A stretch of 64,000 nucleotides of DNA, taken from the NCBI GenBank assembly GCA_964188305.1, contig OZ076894.1; one strand, 5' to 3'. Positions 51,650 through 64,000 of the stretch are shown one piece after another. This DNA comes from Podarcis bocagei (Eukaryota). Each line of letters starts with the position of its first letter. The stretch's first letter is position 1. Both the position numbers and the translations under genes were made by a program. The notes beneath the pieces were generated by a model. It was not told the DNA's origin. It did no database searches and saw nothing but the letters and a program-made list of their open reading frames with translations.

Positions 51650-52729
51650 TATGTGACATTGTCTTATACACAAACAAAAAGAAATCCGTAACACTTTGTG
51701 ACATAATGAAGATCCCATTTTAAAATGTATATTATTTTGGAAATAACTATTTTATTTTATTTTCATAGCAGAAATAAGGTGGCCTTTGTCCACAAGCTGG
51801 AATCTAATCTTTGCCAAGAATCCAAAACTTTGCAAAAACACTTGACTTGAGTTCAAATTGGATGGATCTTCTTGATGGAACTCATCTCAAAATCTCTTGG
51901 AACCCAAAGCATCTATGCAAAACTATTAATCTCAGAATGTGTCTAAACACCATCCTGGAGACAGGCTGCAATTTACCGTTCTCTGTGACAGACAAATAAC
52001 TATTGGAGCGCTGTCATTTAACCCCAGTGATTTCTTTGGTAGTCATGGAAGAAAGGTTTTTATGCCACCATGTCACAGAAGAGCTATAGAATCTGTCAAC
52101 ACTGTATAACTTTACATACAGAAATAATACTATGCATAGGCATTTCAGTCATCAAGAAAGATATAAACAAGAAGGGGTTTTGATCAGTGCACTGACACAC
52201 ATTTAGTATTGGAAAATCTAGAGATGGAAAGTATATGGGGCTAATATGTCAAGTGTATGCCAGGATTTTGTTCTCTATACTTTAAATGAAAGAGGGCTCT
52301 CTCTCTCCCCTTTTACAAGTGCAGATAGGAGCTTTACTCTCTCAAGGTGTCTGACACACCTGTCTCATAGCAGCAATACACACCATAATGATCACTGTGT
52401 ATTCATCAAAGCATACCTATCTTGCCAAAATTTGAAGAGTCTTGAATGGTCAGGGTTCTGTCTATTTTAGAAAGGAAAATAGGAGAAAATATTTTGTCTC
52501 CTGGGGTATTCTTTCTGGTATTATCATGGATGAATCCTTTTGTGTTCACCATTGCATGTATAAACCTTGCTGTGCCAATCCAAGCATCACTAATCCAAGT
52601 GAGCATTCTTAACAGCTCTAAGACATTCTTTTTGAGCTATGCCTTAATTTATTTGAGGATAAGCATTTGACACTTCATATAATAATAGATCTCTAGATTT
52701 CTAAGGCCTTACATCTCTTGTCCTTACAT

Positions 52730-52955
52730 ACAATACTTTTCTGTGTATTAGACAAGGTTTATTTTTTACTTCTGCAATTTGGCTTGCGTCGCTTGCGATT
52801 GTTAGCTTTTTTCAGTTGGTTGAATGATTTTTGGCATTCCCCCCCCCCAAAAAAAAGCTCAACAGCTCTGGTCAATCTCCCCCCCCCCCACAAGCTCTTT
52901 AATTTTAGTTCCCCAAAATAGGGGGCATCTTATACATGGGGGTGTGTTATACATG
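52730..52955. mobile_element. Decayed Tc2/pogo-like MITE
   Basis: TGTGTATTAGAC at the left end versus tandem CATCTTATACATG / GTGTTATACATG at the right end, consistent with subterminal inverted repeats. Confidence 0.45.
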
Positions 52956-55138
52956 TTCCAATTTGTCTCCCATCTTCAGAAAACATACCAGTAAAGCCTA
53001 ACTATGTAGAAACATAAATTTCAAAATAATGATTAAAGGCAAGCCTGTGTGTGATGCACTGCAAAGAGATCCAGGAATCTCTACTCCCTGTGGTGTCTGG
53101 CCAAGTGAGGGACCTGCATCTGACTAACAAGCATTGGAATCTGGGCATAAAAATGCTACCTATCTGCTCTAAGTCCACCTGGGAGAAGAGTACCCCTTTG
53201 ACATACTTAATGGCATGCCTATTTTGTCCCTGAGGCACAAGGTTCCTCTGAATTACCAGCAGCACATTTCACTTGGGGCCCCAACATGGCATATTGCCCT
53301 TTGTTAAAGGTAAATTGCATTGTATCCTTCTGTACACAGAGGATTCTCTGAACAAGTCCAGAAGAGATTTATGTGATTAAAAGGATCAGGGAGGCAATAT
53401 ATCCTTCTTTCTGTATCTTCCAAATCTGCTCCAGAGGGTTGGAAGAATCTTTGGAACAGAATGAAAAGTAGCATCCGGGGAACAAACCAGAATTTTCAAA
53501 AATAGCTTTCCTCCCCTTCCATTCATAGAAACCTCTATCAAATAAAACAACTTTCTGTGAATGGAATGAGACCACACTGGAACAGCCCATGACATAAAAT
53601 TAATTTGTGAAATACTTGTTTTCTCTGAATCCACACAGTGAATCATTAGTGAAATTAACTTCTAGCCAGAGGTCCATTTTGTTTAACAATTGGTCCATTG
53701 TGTAGTGTTTATGTATATACACGTTTGTGTTTCAGGATGCACAACTTGAAATGCCTCTTCCTATTAACACTGCTTACTAATGCACTACTTCAATATCTTT
53801 GAAGAAGTGTCTAAAATCAACACCTGTAGACTTCTCAAAGACTTCTGAGCAGAATGCAAGTTCACTGCCCTCTCATCCTGTTTCACATATCTGTTTATGT
53901 AATACAATGTTTCTAGACTGTAATTGACACCAGTAAAGGAAATTCACACAAAGATATTATGTCACAGCAGGCTCTGCACTGGCAAATCAGAGAAAACACA
54001 CACACAAGCGAAACCCCTTCAGAGAGCACTGCAATGATTTATAAATGAAGCTGAGAGCAGAGGTGTGATATATGAGAAATATAAGCAATTAAATGTGGGA
54101 TATTGCTGGGTGTTGACAACAGACCGTGTATAGTACATACAATTCAACACCTTCATGTTCCCATGAGGTGTCAAGATTCTCATCCTCACATTATTCTACA
54201 CCTTTAACAGGAATTGCATGGTATAGGCACTGATGCCCATGTGTGGTTCTGCCATGTTTCAAATAAAGCAACAAAGGAATTAGATTATGAACAAAGCAGG
54301 TAATTTTAGTCAGCTTGGCTAGAAAAGCTGTGGGGGAACTATAAGCAACATTCATAAACTTATAAATATTAACAATTTAAGTAATAGGCTATACTACAGG
54401 TTTAACTACTGCAACATGGCCAAACATTCAGAAGAACTGTAATGGTTGTGAATATGTGTTTGAGAGTGTTCCCAACAATTAAACGAAATGAGTGTGCCTT
54501 TAAAATATTCTCTCTTTGATTCTGTTGATCAGTTTGTCATATGTTGTTAAACCACTGTCTCACATGAACTAGACAATCTAACTGATATTACACTTTTATA
54601 TGTCTGCATGATTGTGGCTCTAGGAACAAGAGGTAAGTGTAAAATGCTCCAATTCTTCAGTACTCTGATGGTAGTGAAAACCTCCATCCAGCCTCTCAGA
54701 GCCAAAGTCTATTCTATACACTTCTTTCACGCTAACATCTAATATACTGAACAGCAGGGAGTTGTAGACTGCTATAATGACTCATGATTTAGTGAGATAC
54801 AGTGGCATGTTTAAATAGATTCCAGACTAAATACCTGTGGGCAAACAGCATTAAGAAGTGGTATCAGTACTACTGATTATTCAATGAAAATGTATCTTAG
54901 TTCATAAACTAATCAGATTCCTAATGATTATTAGTCCCCCAGGGGAGAGAAAATTAAGATAGAAGTAGTTTTTAAAATTACCTTTTGGACTAAATTCTAT
55001 TTTATTTTTAATAAGTATGTATATTTTATTTTCTAAAGCATTATGTAGTAAGGTACTCTGCAGCTCCAGCTGAAAGATCTGCTGCAGGGTTACAGGGTAG
55101 CCCCAACTCCACTACAGCAGTGTGGTTAATCCTACCAA

Positions 55139-55921
55139 GCCACAAGGCAGTAGAATTTTAGGATCAGATCTTTCCTCCACCTAGATGGGCTACCTTCCCA
55201 GGTTGACAAGCCCCATCTGCTCCTCGCTTCCCTTCTTTATTGCTGGACTCACTACTAGTCTCGTCGCTCAATCCACCAGAGCCTATCTTTGCATGCAATG
55301 AAAGTTCCTAACTCACGGAGGGTCTGAGATCCATTGGCTACCCTCATCTGGTTTAGCTGGCCATTTGAAGCTGGGATGTGGTTGTTGTCACATGTGGAAT
55401 GCAGGATGAGGATCAAAGGTGGACAAACTACTCCAGAAGCAGCATGACTTCCTCCACACCAGAGGTACTACCCCTCCTCTAACACACCATATGGCATAAA
55501 CCCCACCAGCTTCAGGAGTAAACCCCATGGGAACATCTCTGGGAGAAGAAAAAGCTAAAGAGTAAACCCTACACAAATCCGGAGGCTGTTGGATGCCTTC
55601 TTGTACACGTCCTTCCGGCAACTCCTGCAGCCAAGCTGCTACAAAATGTATTTGGTCTGCTTTCTTTTGGACCACATCAGTGAGGACGAGAGGGAGATAT
55701 TGTCATCTGGGCAGCCCAGGACCTCCATACACACGGTCCAGGCTTGCACCCCAGAGATATCACTTCGGTGCTGCTTTCAGCAAAAAACAATGCGGGAGGC
55801 AGCAACTATGAGTTACCATCTCTGATGTAACACCAGGTGCCGTGATTTCCCAGTGGTTTGACTTCACCTCCCGAGGCACACTCCATTGTCTCTTGAGACA
55901 GACAGATGCCAACAACAAAAA
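55139..55921 (+). mobile_element. Non-autonomous RTE-type retroelement, copy 3, with an inverted 5' half
   Basis: 55139-55504 is the reverse complement of the 5' half of the 48 kb copy, and ~55505-55921 is the 3' half in + orientation. An 11-bp TSD AATCCTAC(C/A)AA bounds it (55128-55138, 55922-55932). Confidence 0.88.
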
Positions 55922-56821
55922 AATCCTACAAACCTCCCTCAATACAATCTTTATAACATAAGGAGCTGCTTTATACTGAGTCACACCAATGGACCTCTCA
56001 GTATTGTGCTTAAATGCTTAAATATTCTGCCAGCCCCAGAGACAAAACAATGCTGGGTACCTGGAGACCAAATGGTCCCAAAGATTCCTTCAGCCATTCG
56101 CAGCTGCCTTAGCACCGAGAGACTGCATGGAGGCAATCACTTCACCTCCACCAAAATGTCCTGAGTGCTTGTTAAACTATATTCTATTTCTTACCCTGGT
56201 CCACACTATCCCAATTACAAGAAGAGCTGATTTTGCTTGGCATTTGACTGTCCATTGCAGTCTTTAGACAGGGTTGGCTAAACCCTAGCCCAGGGGCCTG
56301 AACCACACCTGCAAGCCATTTTTTTTGGCCCCTGGAAATACACCAATTCTGGTGCTGCCAGTAACAAAAACCCAAAACAAAGCAAAACACCACAGCACAG
56401 TGGTGGCTTAAATTTCTCTCCTCAACCCAGCACCCTGAATGAGAATGCAAATCGCCCCTCCTAATCATTAGATTGATAATTTGACAAGCAGAGGGAGAAA
56501 AATTCTACTTCTCCCTCAAACTAGGAATTTTTAGGGATGCAAACCCTACTCCAGTGGTCTGCATTGGGGAAGGATGTGTTTTTTAAGAGGATAAATTTTC
56601 CAGGAAAGATGGATGGGGTAAACATCATCCCACAACACAAACCCTATTACCCCAAGAGTAGTTGATGGCAAGTGTATTTTTGTGGATACAGCCTCTTTTT
56701 CCTGGGTGAGAGAGATCTCTCAATTGACAATTGACTTGTCCATCAAAATGAAAGATTCCCTCCTTTTCCACTTCCTCCCCACTCAAGCATAGTGCATTTT
56801 CCTGGTCATCATGCCTTGACC

Positions 56822-56887
<66 letters not shown>
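56822..56887. repeat. (AAT)n microsatellite
   Basis: Seen directly. It accounts for the poly-N and poly-Y ORFs here. Confidence 0.97.
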
Positions 56888-56888
<1 letters not shown>

Positions 56889-59646
56889 TAGCACTTGCCT
56901 TAAATGTTAAGCATTTGATGGCACCTGAGTATACAGACAAAACAGTATTTAGTACCCCATTCAAGATAACTTGTTAATGGCACAATCTGATTTTAGAATG
57001 TGAGTATGTCATCCAAATCACCCATTATTTGCCTTGCAGTCTGGGAAGAATACAGAGCTGACCCCCCCCCCCCGTATTTAATCTCTTATGTTATACATTT
57101 CTATTAGATTTGCAAAGAATTAGCAACAAAAAATGCCAAATCAAAATAAGTGATAAGTACTGCAATATCTTGCTCAATTCCAGATTAGTCACTATTCTTA
57201 CTATAAAGATGGTGGTGTCATAGAACTTTGGACTTGACAAAGTGAGGAGGAGTTTATTACACCGTGAATGCCTAGCACAAGAAAGTCCTTTGGTACAGCT
57301 AAAATAAGTGTGTTCTATTATGACTAGTAACACCCTTCTCTATTCAATCTTCTCAGTTCTTCTGACCCTTGACAATCTGCATCAAGTATGTGGATAAACA
57401 TCACTCTATCAGTGAATCCCCATCTTCTTCTTCCTTTCAAATTTGAAGTAAGAGGTTCAAAAAAATGTCAACCAAACCCTGAATAAGATATTTTGTGTCC
57501 TGCATAACACTAGATTATTTATTCTGCCACTTGACACAGGCTTTGCCTTTTTTCTGTGTATGAGATTTCCCACCTTAACCTTAAATTATTCTCTCCCTCT
57601 GGTATTCATTGATAGTCTCTGAAGCTCAGGCTTTATTCCCCTTCAAGGTTTATTCATCCTCTAAATACTCATCAGCCAGTGCAGGCTATAAAGAGAGTTC
57701 CCAGCAGTAGTTTTTAAAAATAAAAAAGATAAAATGCTCAGCCTCTGAACACTGAAGGCTCTAGTGACAGTACCTGGAATGCCTCCTGTTGACAATGATG
57801 GTTATCACTGGGGGCAACTGAAATCTGTTCATTCTGAACTGTCTTCAGAAATCACCCTTATCTGATTGTTCTTTCAGATCAAAAGAAATAAGAAGACAAA
57901 GTAAGCCATGCATATTCTTGCCCTGTGCACTTTGTTGTTAAAAGAGGGAGGAATCCCACTAGGAACCCTAAACCACTTTTAGATATTACTAATCTTTTCT
58001 GTGGATTTCTGTTTTCTCCCCCTTCATTTACTGCCAACTGCCATTGATATTTTAATGGCACAGAGAAGCAACTGTCAGGAATTACCTGTGCAAAACACAT
58101 AGCAGAATCTTGATAGACAAAGTAACATATCTTGCTCTAAGGGAAATTACATGTAATTCACAGTATTTACTCCCAAGATTAAACCATTTCCCCTTGTTTA
58201 ATAAGGTAACTGTAGGTCTCTAAAAATAACTTCCTGAGCTTCTGAATGTGGTATTATTCACCCTATATTTTAGGCATTTCTGAAGTGTGTTCATATGTTT
58301 GCTTACATCATGTTCAGTTTCAATTATGTAACTATGCTGTCCTGTTTAGAAGAGATGAAATTACATACCAGAATATGCCTATTACATCAACAGAGCCAGC
58401 ACTACTTTATGGCAAATAATCTTTCTAATACAGAAGGAACTGCCTGCCAATTTAATAGAAATAACATAAGAGTACTTGGCATTCCCTTAAAAATGTGTTT
58501 CTTATCGGACACAGGAAGTCACTTTACATTAAACTGGGATTTAACACAATGTAACATGTCAAATGCTTAGTTGAAAAACAAATTGGAATAGAGTTGCATA
58601 CAGTACATCTGAAGTATTGCAATCAGCTTCATACATTAAGACACTCACACATGCAGAGTTTAGGAATTCAAATAGTGAGGCAGTTTTTGGACCACTTCCC
58701 AATACCCAGTGGGATCTTAATGGGACCTCTGCAAATATAAAAGCAACCTAAGCCCCTGAAAAACATCTGAACAAATGAAAGAATTTGCTCCGGTAAAGGT
58801 CTCTAAGCCTGTAATACAATTGCTATAATAACATATTTCAGCATGTTTTCATTAACCCATTTTTCATTTTATGATTTCTTATTTTGACATTAATTGAATC
58901 AAGGAATTAATTTTTCAGCTACCGATGTGTATCCTGAATATACTCTTTTGTTCCAGAAGAAAGTGGTACTTTGTTGTTGTTGTTGTACCAATGCACCTTA
59001 ATGAAGTGTAGCTGCATCTGACCCTGCTATTTTCTGTCTTTGTTCAGCAACACATTCAAGTGCCTTTCTCATTTTTTCAATTTCCACTAAGAAGCAGTAA
59101 GATCATGAAGTGCTGACCATCTTGCCCGTCAACTTCCAACTTCCTTCTCATTACGGTCATATTTTTTTTTAAGCCTAGCAGTAATGTTGTTTTAAAAAAC
59201 AATGGCCTGCCTTGTACACTAACTCCTTGTATGCTGAGTCAATGCACTTGCACTTCTGGTTCAGGTTTTGATATTGGACTAAGGAACATGGATGACAACT
59301 CTCTAGGATACTAGGCTACCATTAGCTACAAAGAAGAGAATGAATGAAAATGCCTCCTGCTGTCCTTCTTCATTAAATAGGAACTGGCCTGTTCTAAACC
59401 ACACTAGTATAGGTCCTGGGGTCAAATCCTGATATAGAAGGGGAAAGACTGTTACAGTCTTTCTTTTTCAAACACTCCACTCTTTCCTACAAAAAGAGCT
59501 TCTACATTAAGTACAAACTTACCACAACCTGACACTTGGAACAAAATAACTGTCATTATTGTACATGAAATGTACAGATGTTATAAACTATTTCAATAGA
59601 GTCCCAGGATGTTGAACAAACAGTCCAATTCTCAGTTCTTGCAATA

Positions 59647-60057
59647 CAGCACACCTTATGTGAGGGTTCGGTTCCGGGGGTCCATGTGTATATGCAAAAC
59701 CACATGAAGTCAGGAATCCCCAGAACTGGTCCCCCTGCAAGGTGGGGGGCTACCTGGCTTCCAGAAGGTGGCATGAAGTCTCTGGCAGTGTCCAAAAGCC
59801 TCCGCCCTGTGTCTCCAAGGCCCTGTAAGTGAATACCCAGCTTTGGGAAGGAGGCAGGAGAGCTCTGGGATGCTGCCAGAGCCCTTGTGCAGTCTTCCCA
59901 AAGTCAGGTAAGCCTGCAATTGAAGATTTGCACAGGTGTGTGTAGGGAAATAACTGGAGACTGGGTTTCCACTACTCTCCATTTACCGGTAGTTATTCCC
60001 CTCCCCTGCAGACCTGTGACTGAGTAAGTTAAATAAGCGTAAGTTGCAAGTTACCTG
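59647..60057 (+). mobile_element. Tigger/pogo-like non-autonomous DNA transposon, copy 2
   Basis: TA|CAG...CTG|TA ends. Homologous to 51188-51649. Confidence 0.72.
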
Positions 60058-61567
60058 TATATATATTCACCGAGTAGCTTCAGGACACAGGTACTGACAC
60101 TCTTGATTTCTAGACTGACTAGTTTATTTCCCTGAGGCAATGAAGGTCAGAGGACTACATGAAAACACATACAAAAATCACAACACAAAATGGTTCAGAG
60201 TTTGTTTTTCAAAGAGTAGCCTCTTGCATATAAATAGCATGTTAATAGTAGAGCAGATTAGGAAGCCACAATTTTTGTTCTTCAGAACTAAGTTTAAAAG
60301 TAAGTCCATCATCAAAAACATTAATTGGGACTTCTTAGAAGGAATATTGCTACAATGCTGAAACAATGAATATGTATGTCTAAATTATTTGCTACACCTC
60401 TAAAAAAAACTACAGGTTATGCCAGTATTTAAATAAGTGTTCTGAAAAGCAGAGAAAAATTGTTTAGAGGTTGAAAATTATTATTTATATGTATTTTTTA
60501 AAACTGGGCCTGCAATATTTTATGATTCACATTTTCTGTTTCTTTGAAAACATTTCTCCTTTTATGCATATTCAGTGACACTTTAACAATGACCGTTTTC
60601 ATTATAACGCATAGTTAAATCTGATTTTCAGAACAAGGATTAGATTTGAGTAATGTTGTTGGGAATTGCAAACTGAAATGCAGTAAAATGAAATAGTTTT
60701 TGTTTTGTTTTGTAAGAAAAGGGTCTTTAGAAATGTTCACATGAAGTCATGTGTTGGCTGTGGTGCCGATGAAAATTGCCCACCTATAGGCATTTCCCTT
60801 CCTCGGTTGTGGTTTCAGGAGTGGGATTTATTTATTTTTGTCTGGTCCACAGTTGGGGAAGAAGGGATTAAAACTTCTCCCTGCACTAATCTTATTTTCC
60901 CCAACTGCTTTTTTAAAAAATTAGAAGTGTGAAGTGCAGCCACACAATTCATGTATCTAGTTTGGCCCTTAGCCATTTCATCCCAAACTGCAAATGGCTA
61001 GGACTCTTTCCAACTGTAGATTTCTCATGCTCATACACAGTCAGGAGTAATTTGATAGAGTCCTAACACAGCTTCAAATTCTACTGTGTGATAAATATGA
61101 AAAATGTTCCTGCTTCTCAAGTCACTTCTGACACGGCTTTGCATCTTTTGTTGTCACATTTTCTCTGCCATCCTGCACCTTCAACAGGAGACAAAACAGG
61201 CAAAAGCTTTCTACTGCACTGCATGCTGGGAAAGCTTTTCTTGATGGATTTCTATCCTGCAATTGTTACAGGCAAACCTTCCCCCGCCCCCCCATACAAG
61301 ATCTATTTCTCTTTGTTAAACTTGGAAGGTGTCCCATTATTGTTATCTATTCCAGGAAAAGGCTTACAGGAACACAAGAAAATTGGAGGGATTTGGCAAG
61401 CCTGCATTGTGCAAGTAGAAGTGCTCTTCTTGTACATCACTGGATCCAGGCCACTGAAACTACTATGGCTTACTTCTGAGTAAATATATGCAAATGAAAG
61501 TATCCTCCTGTAACTGGAAGTGCATACGCAAAAGACTATACCATGGACATAAAATACTACACACTGT

Positions 61568-61691
61568 AATTCAATATAAACTTTGTAATGATAGATTTTA
61601 AAATTATATATAATAGTTTTAAAATCTATCATAACAAAATCTATCATCATTATATATACAAAGTTTATATTGAATTCAATTATATTGAATA
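61568..61691. repeat. Nested AT-rich inverted repeat
   Basis: Perfect 20-bp arms (61568-61587 / 61657-61676) enclose perfect 16-bp arms (61588-61603 / 61617-61632). Confidence 0.9.
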
Positions 61692-64000
61692 CACACACAC
61701 ACTTAATCTATACATGGCATGTTATAATAAATACGTATACAACAGATTTACTTGATATGTTAATTCACATGTACAATGCTATAAAAACATCCAGAAGATG
61801 CAACCTAGGTTCTATAAATTGTTACAAATATTCTGTTCCTCATCAATATAAGAAAATTCAAGAATTCAGGAAATGATTTAAACCACGCTTTTCTGCTTTT
61901 GTTAGTGTTGAACTAGTATAAGAAATCCACAATAAATTTCGACCATTTACAGGTGGATGAGTTGCCAGTTTGGATGTTTCTGCACTTGGAAACCACCCTT
62001 TTGAACACTTTAACAGAAATTATGGTTGGTTCCTGCCAAAGGTGTGCACCTTTAACACCCACCTGTCTTTTGCTCAGCCCGTGAAGTCAAGGATTTCAAG
62101 CAGCAAAGCTTTTACTCAGAGGAACATTTTGCAGATTATAAGTCAGAAAATACTTTTTTCTAAATACCTTAATAACCATTGCCATACAATGCCTTGTTCC
62201 ACTTTATGATGCTAAGAATATATTCAGTGTAGCAACTGCAGTCTAGCCACACTAACAATAGGTGACATTTTAACAGAGACCTGTGAAAGTGAGTGCATAC
62301 ATAGGAAAGCATACAGCACATGCTAACAAGGGGAAAAAATACTATGGCTTTATCCCTGGCAGATGTAAGGTAACTTTCTACTCCTCCGTTTTATGAAAAG
62401 AAATGATTGTATTGGTTTTGTTAGGAAACAGCATATCCAAGGAACCTCCTCTCTTTCCCAAAAGGATAGACAGTTATGAATAGTTATCTTTCAACGTGCC
62501 TCTCATAGGAGCACTAGAACATTCAAGTCTATACATTAGCTATTAAAGTCTAAATGCTAACCCTGGAAAAATTCACCACAAGAGAAGAGCAATTTTCATA
62601 TAACTGACAAAAGACAAGTTTGAACAGAGGATACTTAAAGGTTGACATGCTTTATTATAGTGGTATTCACACAGATTGCTGTTTCTCTGAAGAAACAAAT
62701 AGAGACCAGACCAAATGTTAGGGAACTGAAATAATATTATCAACAATGCACTTCAGTAGAAAATAGGACTGCTTTTGTATCTCATATAGAGTTATATTTT
62801 TATGGCAGAAAGCCCACACAAATTATTATGTTCCTAGTACAGGGTGCCTGAAATTAGCCACAATAGCACCTATTAGCAATAATAGGAGCTCTTCACCTTC
62901 TCCTCTTGCACACCGCAGACAATCTACCCCAAGGAGAATTATAGATAATGTATCTTTCTCAGGATTTACAGGTTTGCAGCACATGTAAAATATGTAAGGG
63001 GAAATGGATGGTATAGTCATTAATTTGCCATTCTTTTCCAGGCACAATTATGTGCAATTATGAGAGTTTCTTATAGTTTGGTATGAGGATAAACTTATAC
63101 AAAACTTTCTAAGCACGATTAAAGACAAAATTTATCACAGTGAAACACTTTTCCTAAACTGGTTTGATTCTTCCTGCACATGGAATACAGAACAATGCAG
63201 ATGACTTGCATTGCATACAAGATGCTCAAAACCCCCATCCTTTCCTTTCACAAGGTTTTGATTAATTACTCACATTATTTTTCATGAAGGCCTATGTTAT
63301 CACTTTTCTCATAGATCCCAATGGTAGAAAATAAGACTTAGCGCCTGAGAGAATTATTAACAAGACCCCTAGTGATTAATGCAGGTGAATGCAACACTCT
63401 GCTCCTCTGTGACTTAGCAACCTGAAGTCTGAACTGCTTACATATTTTGAAAGTTAACTTAAAATAGAAAACTGAGCTTTTACAGCTCAGTTTAATAATG
63501 ATAATGTAGGTGAATGGAGCCCTTTGGTGTGATAGTATAAACATGCATGCATCAAGTGGCAGCTACTCCGTGCTGCTTTCATAAGCTGTTTTTAACAGCC
63601 TCACAACCTAAATACAAATAATTGCAGGCTGGTTGGCAACAGTCCCTTCCTGGGCTTTTTGAGTGGGTGATTGTTGACCAACTCCAGGTGCTTTTGAATC
63701 AGAATGACTTTCTGGTCCCTTTTTAATCAGAGTTTCGCCTCCACTTTAGCACTTGATCACTCTGTATAATGAGCTATGTTGGAAAAGAGACAGAAGGGAT
63801 GTGACCTGTTATTGATCATCCTAGATCTGTCAGTTTTGAAAAAAAATATCAATCATGGTGTCCTTCTGGGTAGGTTGTCAGAGCAGGGGGTGGGAAGTAC
63901 TGCTTTTCAGTGATTTTGCTTCAACCTGGGTGGGTTAATCCAGAAGATGGTACCTGGCAGGTACCTGGCCCATGAAACCTCCAGTATGGGGATTGTACTG

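Noticed and set aside
56625-56977. Poly-Y and poly-N ORFs (also poly-I at 39787-40035)
   Set aside because: Translations of (AAT)n microsatellites.

Overview
Non-coding vertebrate genomic DNA, almost certainly from a squamate and probably a lacertid lizard (Sauria SINEs, a BovB 3' end with a CAA tail, Squam-type SINEs). I found no credible host protein-coding exon. The only protein-like ORFs are LINE C-terminal remnants. The dominant feature is a CpG-island promoter (~8.9-12.7 kb) of an unidentified gene transcribed on the - strand. It has a first-exon donor at 9570/9569, further candidate first exons and a short uORF. Positions 1-9.5 kb are that gene's first intron. The region above 13 kb is gene-empty upstream DNA with Hox/Cdx/Pbx/Meis-motif-rich candidate enhancers and many transposon remnants, and there is one assembly gap (18049-18380). 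The most interesting signal is a three-copy family of ORF-less RTE-type retroelements (19921-20451, 48148-48841, 55139-55921). The copies share a common 5' end and can be folded by eye into an HDV-like ribozyme with an unusual hairpin in L3. One copy has a TSD-bounded 5' inversion with twin-priming geometry. All family names are from recall, not database searches.
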